Part shown: positions 10,263-19,798 of the stretch, piece after piece
Layout of the letters: the number at the start of each line of letters is the position of its first letter
Position numbering within the stretch: position 1 is the stretch's first letter
Origin: a bacterium
GTDB taxonomy: Bacteria; CALINM01
NCBI GenBank assembly: GCA_041640455.1
Contig: JBEQAF010000011.1
Location: 1-25,473 of the forward strand
DNA length: 25,473 nt
Direction of reading: 5' to 3'
Made by a program: the position numbers and the translations under genes
The notes under the pieces: generated by a model
Database searches by the model: none
The model's input: only the letters and a program-made list of their open reading frames with translations
What the model was told of the DNA's origin: nothing

Positions 10263-11021
10263 ATGTTAAAGTTCGGATTTATCCCTGTCTGGAAAAGAAA
10301 CAGAGATGTGTTTATTAAACTATTCTGGGTAAACTTTTTCCTCCCTTTGTTAGAGCCTTTATTTTACATTTTTGCCTTTGGATATGGTCTTGGTGCCTTT
10401 GTAAAGGATATAGATGGGCTACCTTATAAGGTATTTCTTACCCCTGCCATTATTGCCATGGCGGCGCTAAACTCATCTTTTTTTTACACCACCTATTCAA
10501 GCTTTGTAAAAATGATATTTCAGAAGACCTTTGATGCCATAATCGTAACCCCTGTGGGGATTGATGATGTGGTGATCGGTGAGATTTTATGGGGTGCCAC
10601 AAGAGGAGTAATCAGCGGACTTATTGTAATGATGGTCTTTGTACTGCTCGGGCTGATAAAAATCTCTCATTTTATTCTATTTCTGCCGCTTATAGCTGTG
10701 CTTAGCTTTACCTTTTCTTCGCTGGGGATGTTTTTCACAGCTGTGGTAAAAAACATAGAATCTTTTAATTTCCCCATTTTTCTATATTTTACGCCCATGA
10801 TGTTTTTTTCAGGAACCTTTTTCCCCCTCACCCATCTGGATGAAAAGATAATTATGGTAAGCAAAGTTTTGTTCCCTCTATCCTTTAGCATTGAGGCTTT
10901 GAGAAGCATTTACCTTAGTTTTTCATCATCAAAGCTTTTGCTGGGTTTTGTGCCGCTTTTCCATGGGCTGATTTTTTATTTTACATCTATAATATTGATG
11001 AGAAGAAAACTTATAAAATAG
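10263..11021 (+). CDS. ABC-2 type permease (NodJ-like)
   Basis: About six TM helices with LEPLFY..FGYGLG and PMMFFSGTFFPL motifs. Abuts the ATPase gene. Confidence 0.9.
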   Translation: MLKFGFIPVWKRNRDVFIKLFWVNFFLPLLEPLFYIFAFGYGLGAFVKDIDGLPYKVFLTPAIIAMAALNSSFFYTTYSSFVKMIFQKTFDAIIVTPVGIDDVVIGEILWGATRGVISGLIVMMVFVLLGLIKISHFILFLPLIAVLSFTFSSLGMFFTAVVKNIESFNFPIFLYFTPMMFFSGTFFPLTHLDEKIIMVSKVLFPLSFSIEALRSIYLSFSSSKLLLGFVPLFHGLIFYFTSIILMRRKLIK

Positions 11022-11039
11022 AGATAGCCAGGAGGTCTA

Positions 11040-11750
11040 TTGGAAAATATTCAGGAGTTAAAAAAAATTCTACTTTTTTCAGGACTAAATGAAGATGATC
11101 TCAGAGAGATTTCAAAGATTCTTGTGATAAAAGATTATCCCAAAAAGTCAATTATCTTCTCTGAGGGAGATGATGCAAAGGGTTTTTATATTCTTTTAAA
11201 AGGAATGGTAAAAATATACCGAATATCTCCAGATAGCAGGGAACAGATTCTGCATATTATCAATCCAGGAGAGACCTTTGCGGAGGCGGCAATTTTTATT
11301 GGCAAAGGTTACCCTGCATTTGCTGAAACCATTCTGGATAGCAGGGTGGTTTATGTTGATAAGAAAATGTTTTTAAAACTTATAGAAACTAACTCAAAGA
11401 TTGCCCTTAATCTGATTATCAGCCTTTCAATGCTTCTCAAAAAGGTTGTAGATCTGGTTGATAATGTATCTCTAAAAACAGTAGATGCAAGGTTGGCTGA
11501 GTATATCATTGAGGAAGCGGTTAGGAGGGGGAAAAAGGTTGATGACTATATTGAGATTGAGCTTAATATAACAAAAACAGAGCTTGCCAAAAAGCTTGGC
11601 ACTGTTAACGAAACTCTTTCAAGGGCTATAAGAAAGCTCAGAGAAAAAGGGATTATTGATGCAGAAAAGAATAAAATCTATATTTATGAGCTAAAATCTT
11701 TGCAGAATATAATATCTCAGGAGACCGGCACACTCACAATAAAGGATTGA
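11040..11750 (+). CDS. Crp/Fnr family transcriptional regulator (Dnr/HcpR-like, cysteine-free)
   Basis: cNMP-fold domain (IFSEGD, GMVKIY, PGETFAE) and HTH ELAKKLGTVNETLSRAIRKL. TTG start with SD AGGAGG. Confidence 0.92.
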   Translation: MENIQELKKILLFSGLNEDDLREISKILVIKDYPKKSIIFSEGDDAKGFYILLKGMVKIYRISPDSREQILHIINPGETFAEAAIFIGKGYPAFAETILDSRVVYVDKKMFLKLIETNSKIALNLIISLSMLLKKVVDLVDNVSLKTVDARLAEYIIEEAVRRGKKVDDYIEIELNITKTELAKKLGTVNETLSRAIRKLREKGIIDAEKNKIYIYELKSLQNIISQETGTLTIKD

Positions 11751-11775
11751 AAATTTTTAATATTAATGTTAAAAA
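11747..11775 (+). promoter_or_regulatory. Putative sigma70 promoter of the substrate-binding protein gene
   Basis: TTGAAA-N17-TAAAAA with TG at the extended -10 position. Confidence 0.4.
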
Positions 11776-11805
11776 TAATACACAGATTTCTATTCTGGGG
11801 GGTAT

Positions 11806-12579
11806 ATGAGAAAAAATACTTTATTGCTCTTAATTATCCTTTTCTTTTTAGCAGTTAGTTTTCCAGGAGAGAGTCAAGCAGTTAAATTAAAGATCGTAGG
11901 GGGTTCTACAGCTATTAATACAGTATTGAAACCCATCCAGGAGCCCTTTAAGGAAAAAACCGGGATTGAGCTTCTATTACTACCAGTTGGGGGAAAACAG
12001 GCATTGGAAGAACTTGACAGGGGAAATGCCGATTGTGCCTGTATTGCTCATCCGCTTTCTGAGCTCATTGAGCTTAATAGAAAAAATAATGTAATACTAA
12101 ACAATAAGGATAAGTTTGTCTCAACTACTATCTGGAAAGAGGTTAACTATGTGGTGGTTGTAAATAAGACAAATCCAGTAAAAAAACTTACTCAGTCTCA
12201 GCTGAAAGATATATATACAGGAAAGATTACAAACTGGAAGGAGGTTGGTGGAGAGCCCATACCTGTTAAGGTGGTTCTTGGTAAGCTTACTCTCGGAACA
12301 ACCAATGTGATAGCAAAAAATATTATTAAAGATGAAACACCTATTAAAGCTTCAGTAGAGGGCACAACTGATATGGACATCCTGAAAATCATTGAGAATA
12401 ATAAGGATGCAATAGCTGTGGTAGCAAAAGGCTCTATTAACACACCTAATGTAAAGATTGTAGATGCTCCGCCTCTTCTGTCAACGCCTGTAAATTTAAT
12501 TACTATAGGTCAGCCTTCTGCAATTATAAATAAACTTATTGATTTTATTCATAAAGAAGGAGCAAAGTATATAAGATAA
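11806..12579 (+). CDS. Periplasmic substrate-binding protein (PBP_like_2, PstS-like fold)
   Basis: Signal peptide, IVGGST and VVVNKTNPVKKLTQSQLKDIYTGKITNWKEVGG, characteristic of the PstS-like family. Confidence 0.8.
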   Translation: MRKNTLLLLIILFFLAVSFPGESQAVKLKIVGGSTAINTVLKPIQEPFKEKTGIELLLLPVGGKQALEELDRGNADCACIAHPLSELIELNRKNNVILNNKDKFVSTTIWKEVNYVVVVNKTNPVKKLTQSQLKDIYTGKITNWKEVGGEPIPVKVVLGKLTLGTTNVIAKNIIKDETPIKASVEGTTDMDILKIIENNKDAIAVVAKGSINTPNVKIVDAPPLLSTPVNLITIGQPSAIINKLIDFIHKEGAKYIR

Positions 12580-12624
12580 GTTAGTTAACCTTAAATCAAA
12601 TAAACAGATTTTTAAATCTATTAC

Positions 12625-12659
12625 AAAACCCTTTGAAAAAAATTCTTTCAAAGGGTTTT
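12625..12659. terminator. Bidirectional intrinsic terminator between convergent genes
   Basis: Perfect 14-bp inverted repeat AAAACCCTTTGAAA (12625-12638) / TTTCAAAGGGTTTT (12646-12659) with a 7-nt loop and A/T tails on both sides. Confidence 0.85.
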
Positions 12660-14238
12660 ATTTTTTCTCTTTTTTGTGATTCTTGTAAAGCTTGTATTCT
12701 ATGCTATCTACAAGAGCCTGATAGCTTGCCTCTATTATATTCTGAGATACACCTACTGTGCCCCATTTATCATCCTTATCCCCTGATTCTATAAGCACTC
12801 TGACGCCCGCTGCAGTCCCACGGTCTGAGCTCAATACCCGGACTTTGTAGTCAAGAAGTTTCACATCCTTTAGCTCCGGGTAAAAACGTTCAAGCGCCTT
12901 CCTCATAGCGTTATCGAGAGCATTTACAGGTCCATTGCCTACCGATGCGGTATGTTCAATATGTCCTCCCACCTTAATCATCACTGTTGCTTCTGCTATT
13001 GGTAGCTCACCCTCTTTTCTCTTTTCATCTATAACCCTGAACCCGATTAGGTCAAAATATTTTCTTCTCTGCCCTATGGCTTCCATCATAAGCAGCTCAA
13101 AGGAGGCTTCTGCTCCCTCAAACTGATAACCCTGTAATTCCAGCTCTTTGAGTTTATTGAGGATTTCAATAGTGATCGGATCTTTACTATCCAGATCAAT
13201 ATTAAACTCTTTTGCCTTATAGAAGATATTGCTTTTTCCCGACAGATCAGATATCAGAATTCTGCGCCTGTTGCCTACCTCTTCAGGGGTTATATGTTCA
13301 TAGGTTGAGGCATTCTTGTTGATGGCACTTACATGAACGCCACCCTTATGGGCAAAGGCGCTTTCGCCTACAAAGGGCTGATTTTTTGGAGGAGGCAGAT
13401 TGGCTATCTCATAAATGTAACGGGAGGTCTCTTTTAATTTTTTTAACTTATCTCTGCCTATGGCTTCCAGATTAAGCTTTAGCTGAACGATAGGAATTAT
13501 GGAAACAAGATTGGCGTTACCACATCTTTCACCAAAGCCATTAAAGGTGCCCTGTACCTGACTGGCACCAGCTTCAATTGCAGTTATTGAATTTGCAACT
13601 GCAAGCTCACAGTCGTTATGACAGTGTATGCCAAAGGGAATGGAAAATCTTTTTTTAAAGTCCTTTATTATCTTTTCAAGGACAGAAGGAATGGTCCCAC
13701 CGTTAGTGTCACAAAGACAGATTAACTCTGCTCCACCCTCAATGGCTGCGGCTACGGTTTTAAAGGCATAATCAGGATTTGCTCTGTATCCGTCAAAAAA
13801 ATGTTCTGCATCATATATCACCTTTCTTCCCTTTTTGGTCAGGTAGGCTACAGAGTTTTCAATTAGTTTAAGATTATCATCAAGACTTATTCTTAGAGCT
13901 TCTCTAACATGAAAATCCCATGTTTTACCAAAGATTGTTATCCACTGAGCATCTGACTTTAGCAGAGTCTGAATATTGCTGTCTTTTTCTATCTTCTCTC
14001 CAGCTTTTGCTGTGCTTCCAAAGGCGGTAATCTTAATATTTTTAAGATCATATTTTTTGATTTCTTTAAAAAACAGCATGTCTTTTGGGTTTGACCCTGG
14101 CCATCCGCCTTCCACAAAATCAATCCCGAGCTCATCAAGCTTTAACGCAATTCTAAGCTTATCCTCAAGGGTAAAAGAAACGTCCTCCCCCTGAGATCCG
14201 TCTCGCAGAGTTGTGTCATAGATTTGTATTTTTCTCAT
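12658..14238 (-). CDS. cimA: Citramalate synthase (DRE-TIM, LeuA-related, Geobacter-type)
   Basis: [56 protein letters not shown] and a C-terminal regulatory domain GNGPVNALD. Coupled downstream of aspartate kinase. Confidence 0.88.
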   Translation of the reverse strand: MRKIQIYDTTLRDGSQGEDVSFTLEDKLRIALKLDELGIDFVEGGWPGSNPKDMLFFKEIKKYDLKNIKITAFGSTAKAGEKIEKDSNIQTLLKSDAQWITIFGKTWDFHVREALRISLDDNLKLIENSVAYLTKKGRKVIYDAEHFFDGYRANPDYAFKTVAAAIEGGAELICLCDTNGGTIPSVLEKIIKDFKKRFSIPFGIHCHNDCELAVANSITAIEAGASQVQGTFNGFGERCGNANLVSIIPIVQLKLNLEAIGRDKLKKLKETSRYIYEIANLPPPKNQPFVGESAFAHKGGVHVSAINKNASTYEHITPEEVGNRRRILISDLSGKSNIFYKAKEFNIDLDSKDPITIEILNKLKELELQGYQFEGAEASFELLMMEAIGQRRKYFDLIGFRVIDEKRKEGELPIAEATVMIKVGGHIEHTASVGNGPVNALDNAMRKALERFYPELKDVKLLDYKVRVLSSDRGTAAGVRVLIESGDKDDKWGTVGVSQNIIEASYQALVDSIEYKLYKNHKKEKK

Positions 14239-14732
14239 TTTCCCTCTACAACTGGCTCTTTGTCCAGCTGAAAGGCGTCGTGTAGCTCTCTTACTGCCAG
14301 CTCTGTATATTTTTCTTCAATCACACAGGAGATCTTAATCTCCGATGTGCTTATCATAAGAATATTTATGCCAGCCTTACCAAGAATATCAAACATTCTG
14401 GCAGCTATCCCCGAATGGGATCTCATGCCAAGTCCAACAATGGAAACCTTAGCTATGGTATCATCTGAAAGGATCTCTTTTGCTCCCAGATCTTTTGCCA
14501 CCTTTTCAACGAGAAGCAGAGCCTTTTTCAGGTCTGATTTTGGCACTGTAAATGTCAGGTCTGTAGTCCCGTCAATACTACTATTCTGGATTATCATATC
14601 CACCACAATATTCCCATTTGATATCTCGCCAAAAATTTTTGATGCAATACCCGGTCTGTCCGGAACTTTAACAAGCGTTATTCTTGCCTCGTCTTTATTA
14701 TAAGAGATACCCGATACTACTACATTTTCCAT
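14235..14732 (-). CDS. Aspartate kinase beta subunit from an internal in-frame start
   Basis: Minus strand reads GAGGAGG-ATAAATCA-ATG GAA AAT, a perfect SD 8 nt before the Met that begins the ACT region (MENVVVSGI..., 165 aa). Confidence 0.7.
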   Translation of the reverse strand: MENVVVSGISYNKDEARITLVKVPDRPGIASKIFGEISNGNIVVDMIIQNSSIDGTTDLTFTVPKSDLKKALLLVEKVAKDLGAKEILSDDTIAKVSIVGLGMRSHSGIAARMFDILGKAGINILMISTSEIKISCVIEEKYTELAVRELHDAFQLDKEPVVEGK

Positions 14733-15470
14733 TGATTTATCCTCCTCACAGACTAATGTTCCTGGTTCATCGGAAAAAGAAGACCGCACATGAACAGGAA
14801 CTTTAAACTTCTTTGCCAGTTCAACCGATCTAATCTGCAAAACCTTTGAACCCAAGCTTGCAAGCTCAAGCATCTCATCATAGGAGATCTTATTTAGCTT
14901 TCTTGCCTTGCTGCAAATTCTTGGGTCAGTTGTATAAACACCATCCACATCGGTATAGATATCACATACATGGGCATTTAAAGCGGCAGCGATTGCTACA
15001 CCTGTAGTATCTGATCCGCCTCTTCCAAGAGTAGTTATGTTACCAGCCTCATCCACCCCCTGAAAACCTGCAACCACAACTATGTATCCTTCGTTAAGGT
15101 CTTTTAAAATATTTTCCCGCTCTACCTTTAGTATCCTTGCCTTAGTAAAGGCACTGTCAGTAAGGATTTTTACCTGATTACCCAGATAGGATTTAGCTTT
15201 GTAACCCAGCTTTTTTAGAGTAATTGCCAGCAGTGCGATAGAGACCTGCTCACCTGTTGATATGAGCACATCCATCTCTCTTTCATCTGGAAGATCGGTT
15301 ATCTGATGAGCAAGCGATATAAGCCTGTTGGTTTCTCCAGCCATTGCAGAAACCACCACCACCACCTGATTCCCCTTTTCATATTCAGCGATTGCCTTTC
15401 TGGCAACATTTTCAATCCTTTTAATATCACCAACCGATGTACCGCCAAATTTCTGAACCACTATAGGCAT
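14235..15470 (-). CDS. lysC: Aspartate kinase (alpha subunit)
   Basis: [39 protein letters not shown] and two ACT domains. Start at ATG 15470 (MPIVVQ), preceded by a GGGGG SD-like run. Confidence 0.95.
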   Translation of the reverse strand: MPIVVQKFGGTSVGDIKRIENVARKAIAEYEKGNQVVVVVSAMAGETNRLISLAHQITDLPDEREMDVLISTGEQVSIALLAITLKKLGYKAKSYLGNQVKILTDSAFTKARILKVERENILKDLNEGYIVVVAGFQGVDEAGNITTLGRGGSDTTGVAIAAALNAHVCDIYTDVDGVYTTDPRICSKARKLNKISYDEMLELASLGSKVLQIRSVELAKKFKVPVHVRSSFSDEPGTLVCEEDKSMENVVVSGISYNKDEARITLVKVPDRPGIASKIFGEISNGNIVVDMIIQNSSIDGTTDLTFTVPKSDLKKALLLVEKVAKDLGAKEILSDDTIAKVSIVGLGMRSHSGIAARMFDILGKAGINILMISTSEIKISCVIEEKYTELAVRELHDAFQLDKEPVVEGK

Positions 15471-15500
15471 TTCAAAACCCCCGAATAATATCAAATGTAA

Positions 15501-15540
15501 GTTTTCAATTTATTAAAATCCTTATAAAAAGGCAAGAAAA
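15501..15540 (-). promoter_or_regulatory. Putative sigma70 promoter of lysC-cimA
   Basis: Minus strand reads TTGCCT-N17-TAAATT about 35 nt upstream of the lysC ATG. Confidence 0.45.
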
Positions 15541-15820
15541 AAGTTGTAACACCAACATGATTATCTTCTAATGCGCCAAAGTAAAAATATCCTGCTAAAA
15601 ACTGCTAAATTATTTCTTTTTTTGAAAGGAGGAGATCCTATGGCAGCAAAGTAAATAATTATGAGGAACATTTTGATGGGAATGCCTCTAAAAATCTATC
15701 TTAAGTGTCAGAATAGAAACAGGACATTTTGATTTTAGCTTAAAAAACATTTCTGTTTTGGCTTGGTAGAATGCCTGATTTTTCTTTACATTTTTAAGCT
15801 GAGCATATATTTTAATCTCA

Positions 15821-18568
15821 ATGAGAGTGATTGATGAAAGGCTTTCAAAGAGGTTTTCAAGCGAGATCGGATATCTTTCGGGAGAGCTTGCTGATTTCTA
15901 TTCTCTGGTTACATCCGTATCACCACTTACTTATAGAATAGTCTCAAAGCTTTCAGAAAAAGATCTGGAAGAGGTAAGAAAAGACAGTTCTTTTAACGAG
16001 TCTGAGCTTATATCCAAGTTAAATGATATTGAGACGGAGGATGAGGAAAAATTTAGTAAAGGGCTACGAATTATAAAATACAAAGAGCTGCTTAAACTAA
16101 TCATTAGAGATGTTTTTTTAAAACAGGATTTTTCAAAAACCCTTTATGAACAGTCAAGGCTGGCTGAGCTTATTGTAAATGCAGTTTATAATTATACAAA
16201 AAAATTTTTTCTTAAAGGTAATGTTAAGCCTCTTACCATTATAGCTATGGGCAAACTTGGAAGCATGGAGCTAAACTTTAGCTCCGATATTGACATCGTA
16301 TATATCTTTGATGATGATAATCTAAACAATCTGGATATTTACAGCAGATGGGCTGTTAAAATAAATAATCTGCTTTCAAAAAACACAGAAATAGGCTTTC
16401 TTTACAGGGTAGACAACGATCTAAGACCGGGAGGGAGATATTCCCCTCTTGCTATGTCTGCATCTGCGGTGCTTAATTACTACTATCTTTATGGTGAAAC
16501 ATGGCAGAGGATGGCTCTTTTAAGAACCAGATTTATTGCCGGTGATGAACTGGTCTACAGGTCTTTAATCTCAGAGCTCGAAGGATATATTTTTAAAAGG
16601 TATCTTGATTACTCAATGATAAAGGATCTGAAGGAGCTTAAAAGCAAGATTGATTTTGAAAGTCGAAGGCGGGATAAGGAAGGGCTTAATGTTAAACTCG
16701 GCAAGGGCGGCATAAGGGAGGCAGAGTTTTTTGTATATGCCTTTCAGATTATTAACGGTGGTAAAAACAAAACCATAAGAGAAGGAAATATCTCAAAAGC
16801 CATAGACCTTTTGGTTGATCAGCATTTTCTGGAAAAAGAAAAGGGCGAAATACTGAAAAAATCATATTTGTATCTAAGGCGAGTAGAAAATCTTATTCAG
16901 ATGGATGATGAGCTCCAGAGCTATTTAGTCCCATCGGGCGATGCCTTTGAAAGACTGATAAAGATTTTGGAATTAAGTAAGGATGAATTTTTTTCAGTGC
17001 TAAACTTATATAGAAAAAACATATCTGAAAACTTTCAGGCTCTTTTTTACACTGAAGAGTCCGATGAAAGGAAAGATTTTATTGAGAAAGAGGGGTTTGA
17101 CAGAGAGTATCTTTTAAATAGACTTTCGCAGTCCTTTACTGCGGATATTAATGAGCTTAAACCTGTGATTGCTGAGATGGAGCAGAAGCTTTTAAAGTTT
17201 TCGCCAAAATACAGAAAGTATTATAAGAGCTTTCTACTGGATCTTGTGAGTTCTCTCGAAAACAAAAATATTCAGAGAAAGCATCTTCTGCTTATAAACG
17301 AGTTTATTGAAAGGCTTTCAAAAAATCAGATATATCTTCCGCTTATGGTAGAAAATAAAAAGACCACCGAGTATATATCAAAGGCGTTTTTTCTCGGATC
17401 CTATCTGGTAAAGATACTTATCAATTATCCGGAGACACTTGAGTTTATCGTTACAGAGGATCAGATAGATAGAAAAAGCTTTTTATCCTATTACAGCTAT
17501 ATTAAAAATCTGATTCATTCAGCTCCTGATTTTGAGATGAAGATGAGGCTATTAAGGCAGTTTAAAAATAGTGAATGGCTAAAAATCGGCATGATGGAGA
17601 GCTATGGAGTTATAGACAGTTACGAGCTGGAGCTTTATCTTACCAATTTAGCCGAGTCATCTCTCTTTGCTGTATACGAGCTATGCAAAGAGATTATTAA
17701 TCAGAAGCTAGAGGAGCCAGACGAAAAGATAGCCTTTATAGGCATGGGAAAACTCGGAAGCTTCGAGATGACCTATTTTTCCGATATAGATCTGATTTTT
17801 TTGTACGAGAGCGATTGCAATAATGCGGGTTATTACAACTCAAGGCTAATGCAGAGAATTATCTCAAATCTTACTATGGTCACAAAAGAGGGAGAGCTTT
17901 ATAAGATTGACATGCGCCTGAGACCAACAGGCAGTCAGGGACCACTTGTTACCAGCTTTGAAAATTTTAAAAATTATCATAAAACATCATGGCTTTTTGA
18001 AAAACAGGCTCTCACAAGGGCAAGGGTGCTTGGAATTCCATCTGACTTTAATAATTCGGTAACTAAGACTATAGAAGATATACTCTATGGGAATGAATAT
18101 GATCAGAAAGAGCTCAAAAAAGAGATCTATTCCATGAAACTGCGTATAGATAAGGAGCTTTCAGAGAAGGAGCGGTCAGGAAAGGTAATTGAGATTAAAA
18201 CAGGTATTGGCGGTCTCATGGACATGGAGTTTCTTATTCAGTATTTCAAACTTGCATACGGAAGAGAACATAAAGCTTTAAGAGCCCTTTCGCCTAAGGA
18301 TTTTTTTAAAGCTCTTAAAGAGTCAGCCTTAATTGAATCGGAAAAGGTTGATTTTATTGAAAAAAATTACTTATTTTTTAAAGCCATAGAAAGAAATCTT
18401 AGAGTTATCTCCGGTTTTTCAAGAAACTCCTTTCTCAAAGATGAAGAGATAATTGAAGATATTATATCAAATATGAATATATGCATGTCTAAGGCAGATT
18501 TTTTTGAATACATAAATGATATTAAAAGAAAAATCAGAGAAATATTTATTGAACTGCTAAATGGATAA
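15821..18568 (+). CDS. glnE: Bifunctional glutamine synthetase adenylyltransferase/adenylyl-removing enzyme
   Basis: Two nucleotidyltransferase domains: MGKLGSMELNFSSDID...RVDNDLRPGG...NVKLGKGGIREAEF and MGKLGSFEMTYFSDID...IDMRLRPTG...IKTGIGGLMDMEF. Confidence 0.93.
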   Translation: MRVIDERLSKRFSSEIGYLSGELADFYSLVTSVSPLTYRIVSKLSEKDLEEVRKDSSFNESELISKLNDIETEDEEKFSKGLRIIKYKELLKLIIRDVFLKQDFSKTLYEQSRLAELIVNAVYNYTKKFFLKGNVKPLTIIAMGKLGSMELNFSSDIDIVYIFDDDNLNNLDIYSRWAVKINNLLSKNTEIGFLYRVDNDLRPGGRYSPLAMSASAVLNYYYLYGETWQRMALLRTRFIAGDELVYRSLISELEGYIFKRYLDYSMIKDLKELKSKIDFESRRRDKEGLNVKLGKGGIREAEFFVYAFQIINGGKNKTIREGNISKAIDLLVDQHFLEKEKGEILKKSYLYLRRVENLIQMDDELQSYLVPSGDAFERLIKILELSKDEFFSVLNLYRKNISENFQALFYTEESDERKDFIEKEGFDREYLLNRLSQSFTADINELKPVIAEMEQKLLKFSPKYRKYYKSFLLDLVSSLENKNIQRKHLLLINEFIERLSKNQIYLPLMVENKKTTEYISKAFFLGSYLVKILINYPETLEFIVTEDQIDRKSFLSYYSYIKNLIHSAPDFEMKMRLLRQFKNSEWLKIGMMESYGVIDSYELELYLTNLAESSLFAVYELCKEIINQKLEEPDEKIAFIGMGKLGSFEMTYFSDIDLIFLYESDCNNAGYYNSRLMQRIISNLTMVTKEGELYKIDMRLRPTGSQGPLVTSFENFKNYHKTSWLFEKQALTRARVLGIPSDFNNSVTKTIEDILYGNEYDQKELKKEIYSMKLRIDKELSEKERSGKVIEIKTGIGGLMDMEFLIQYFKLAYGREHKALRALSPKDFFKALKESALIESEKVDFIEKNYLFFKAIERNLRVISGFSRNSFLKDEEIIEDIISNMNICMSKADFFEYINDIKRKIREIFIELLNG

Positions 18569-19763
18569 CGCCTTTTTAATCTTTCTCGTAACTTATATTA
18601 TCATAGCTCTCGGGCAGCCTCCGCTTTTTAGAGTGGACAGGACAGGCGCTGCCATTATTGGCGCATCGCTTATGGTGATCTCGGGCGTGCTTTCTGTTTA
18701 TGATGCCTATGAGGCTATTGACTACAAAACCATACTTATCCTTTTCGGGATGATGGTGCTGATAGCCAACCTGAGGCTTTCTGGTTTTTTCAATATTGTA
18801 TACGGTCTGGTGGTAAAGGTAGTTAAAACCCCAGATTTTCTTTTATATTCAATCATATTCAGTTCGGGGATATTGTCGGCTTTTTTTGTAAACGATACGG
18901 TCTGCCTCATATTTACCCCCTTTGTGGTGGAGCTTTGCAAAAGATTAAACCTTAATCCGAGACCTTTTCTTCTCGCGCTTTGCATGTCGGCAAATATCGG
19001 AAGCGTTGCTACCATAACTGGAAATCCCCAGAATATTATTATTGGTGCCGCATCAAAGATCAGCTATAGCACATTTTTTTTAAGGCTTTTTCCTGTGGCA
19101 CTGGCAGGATTTATTGTATGTGCGCTGGTAATTAAATTTTTCTATAGAAAAGATCTAAAATGTAGGATAACACCCATGCCAGATATGAGAATAAGGTATA
19201 ACCGTGCACTGGTAGTAAAATCTTTCTTGGTTTCTGTTATTACCCTTGTGTTATTTTTTGCTGGTGTTCCCATGGAGCTTGTTTCTGTAGGTGTGGGTTC
19301 ATTTCTTTTAATAACCAGAAGGATAAAACCTGAAAAGGTTTATAATCTCATTGATTTCAGGCTCATTATACTTTTTATTGGGCTTTTTATCGTTATAAAA
19401 GGGGTTGAAAAATCAGCTCTCTACGGTAATATGGTAAATCACGCCGGTGAGCTGATTAAAAGCAATCTTTTGCTAATTATCTCATCAGCTCTGCTTTCCA
19501 ATATGGTGAGTAATGTGCCTGCTGTGCTTATATTTAAGCCTCTCATAGAGAGTTTTAACAACACAGAAAATACATGGCTTATTTTAGCCATGAGCTCTAC
19601 CCTGGCTGGCAATCTTACAATTTTAGGTTCCATCGCCAACATTATTGTAATTGAAGGAGCATCAAACAGGGTAAAAATAGGATTTTTGGAATATCTGAAG
19701 GTAGGGGTTCCGGTTACTCTGCTTTCTCTAATTATTGGTTATTTTATAATAAGTTTTTGTTAG
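18561..19763 (+). CDS. ArsB/NhaD (IT superfamily) anion transporter
   Basis: Polytopic membrane protein with SAFFVNDT, SANIGSVATITGNPQN, SNMVSNVPA and STLAGNLTILGSIANII motifs. Confidence 0.88.
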   Translation: MDNAFLIFLVTYIIIALGQPPLFRVDRTGAAIIGASLMVISGVLSVYDAYEAIDYKTILILFGMMVLIANLRLSGFFNIVYGLVVKVVKTPDFLLYSIIFSSGILSAFFVNDTVCLIFTPFVVELCKRLNLNPRPFLLALCMSANIGSVATITGNPQNIIIGAASKISYSTFFLRLFPVALAGFIVCALVIKFFYRKDLKCRITPMPDMRIRYNRALVVKSFLVSVITLVLFFAGVPMELVSVGVGSFLLITRRIKPEKVYNLIDFRLIILFIGLFIVIKGVEKSALYGNMVNHAGELIKSNLLLIISSALLSNMVSNVPAVLIFKPLIESFNNTENTWLILAMSSTLAGNLTILGSIANIIVIEGASNRVKIGFLEYLKVGVPVTLLSLIIGYFIISFC

Positions 19764-19781
19764 TTATTTTTTAAAAAAAAC

Positions 19782-19790
19782 TGATATAAT
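19782..19790 (+). promoter_or_regulatory. Extended -10 promoter (TGnTATAAT) of the NHL-cytochrome-secretion operon
   Basis: TG-A-TATAAT at 19782-19790, 8 nt before the ATG at 19799, with no SD. Confidence 0.6.
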
Positions 19791-19798
19791 ATTTTCAT

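Noticed and set aside
15625..15638. Match to the 3' end of 16S rRNA suggesting an rRNA fragment
   Set aside because: Similarity stops after about 14 nt and the flanks are AT-rich. It is better explained as an extended SD.
15661..15732. 23-aa ORF MRNILMGMPLKIYLKCQNRNRTF
   Set aside because: No SD at the first ATG and no motif. Indistinguishable from a chance ORF.
15471..15820. Possible lysine riboswitch upstream of lysC
   Set aside because: No recognisable L-box helices, and a plausible promoter lies only about 35 nt from the ATG, leaving no room. An Rfam scan would settle it.
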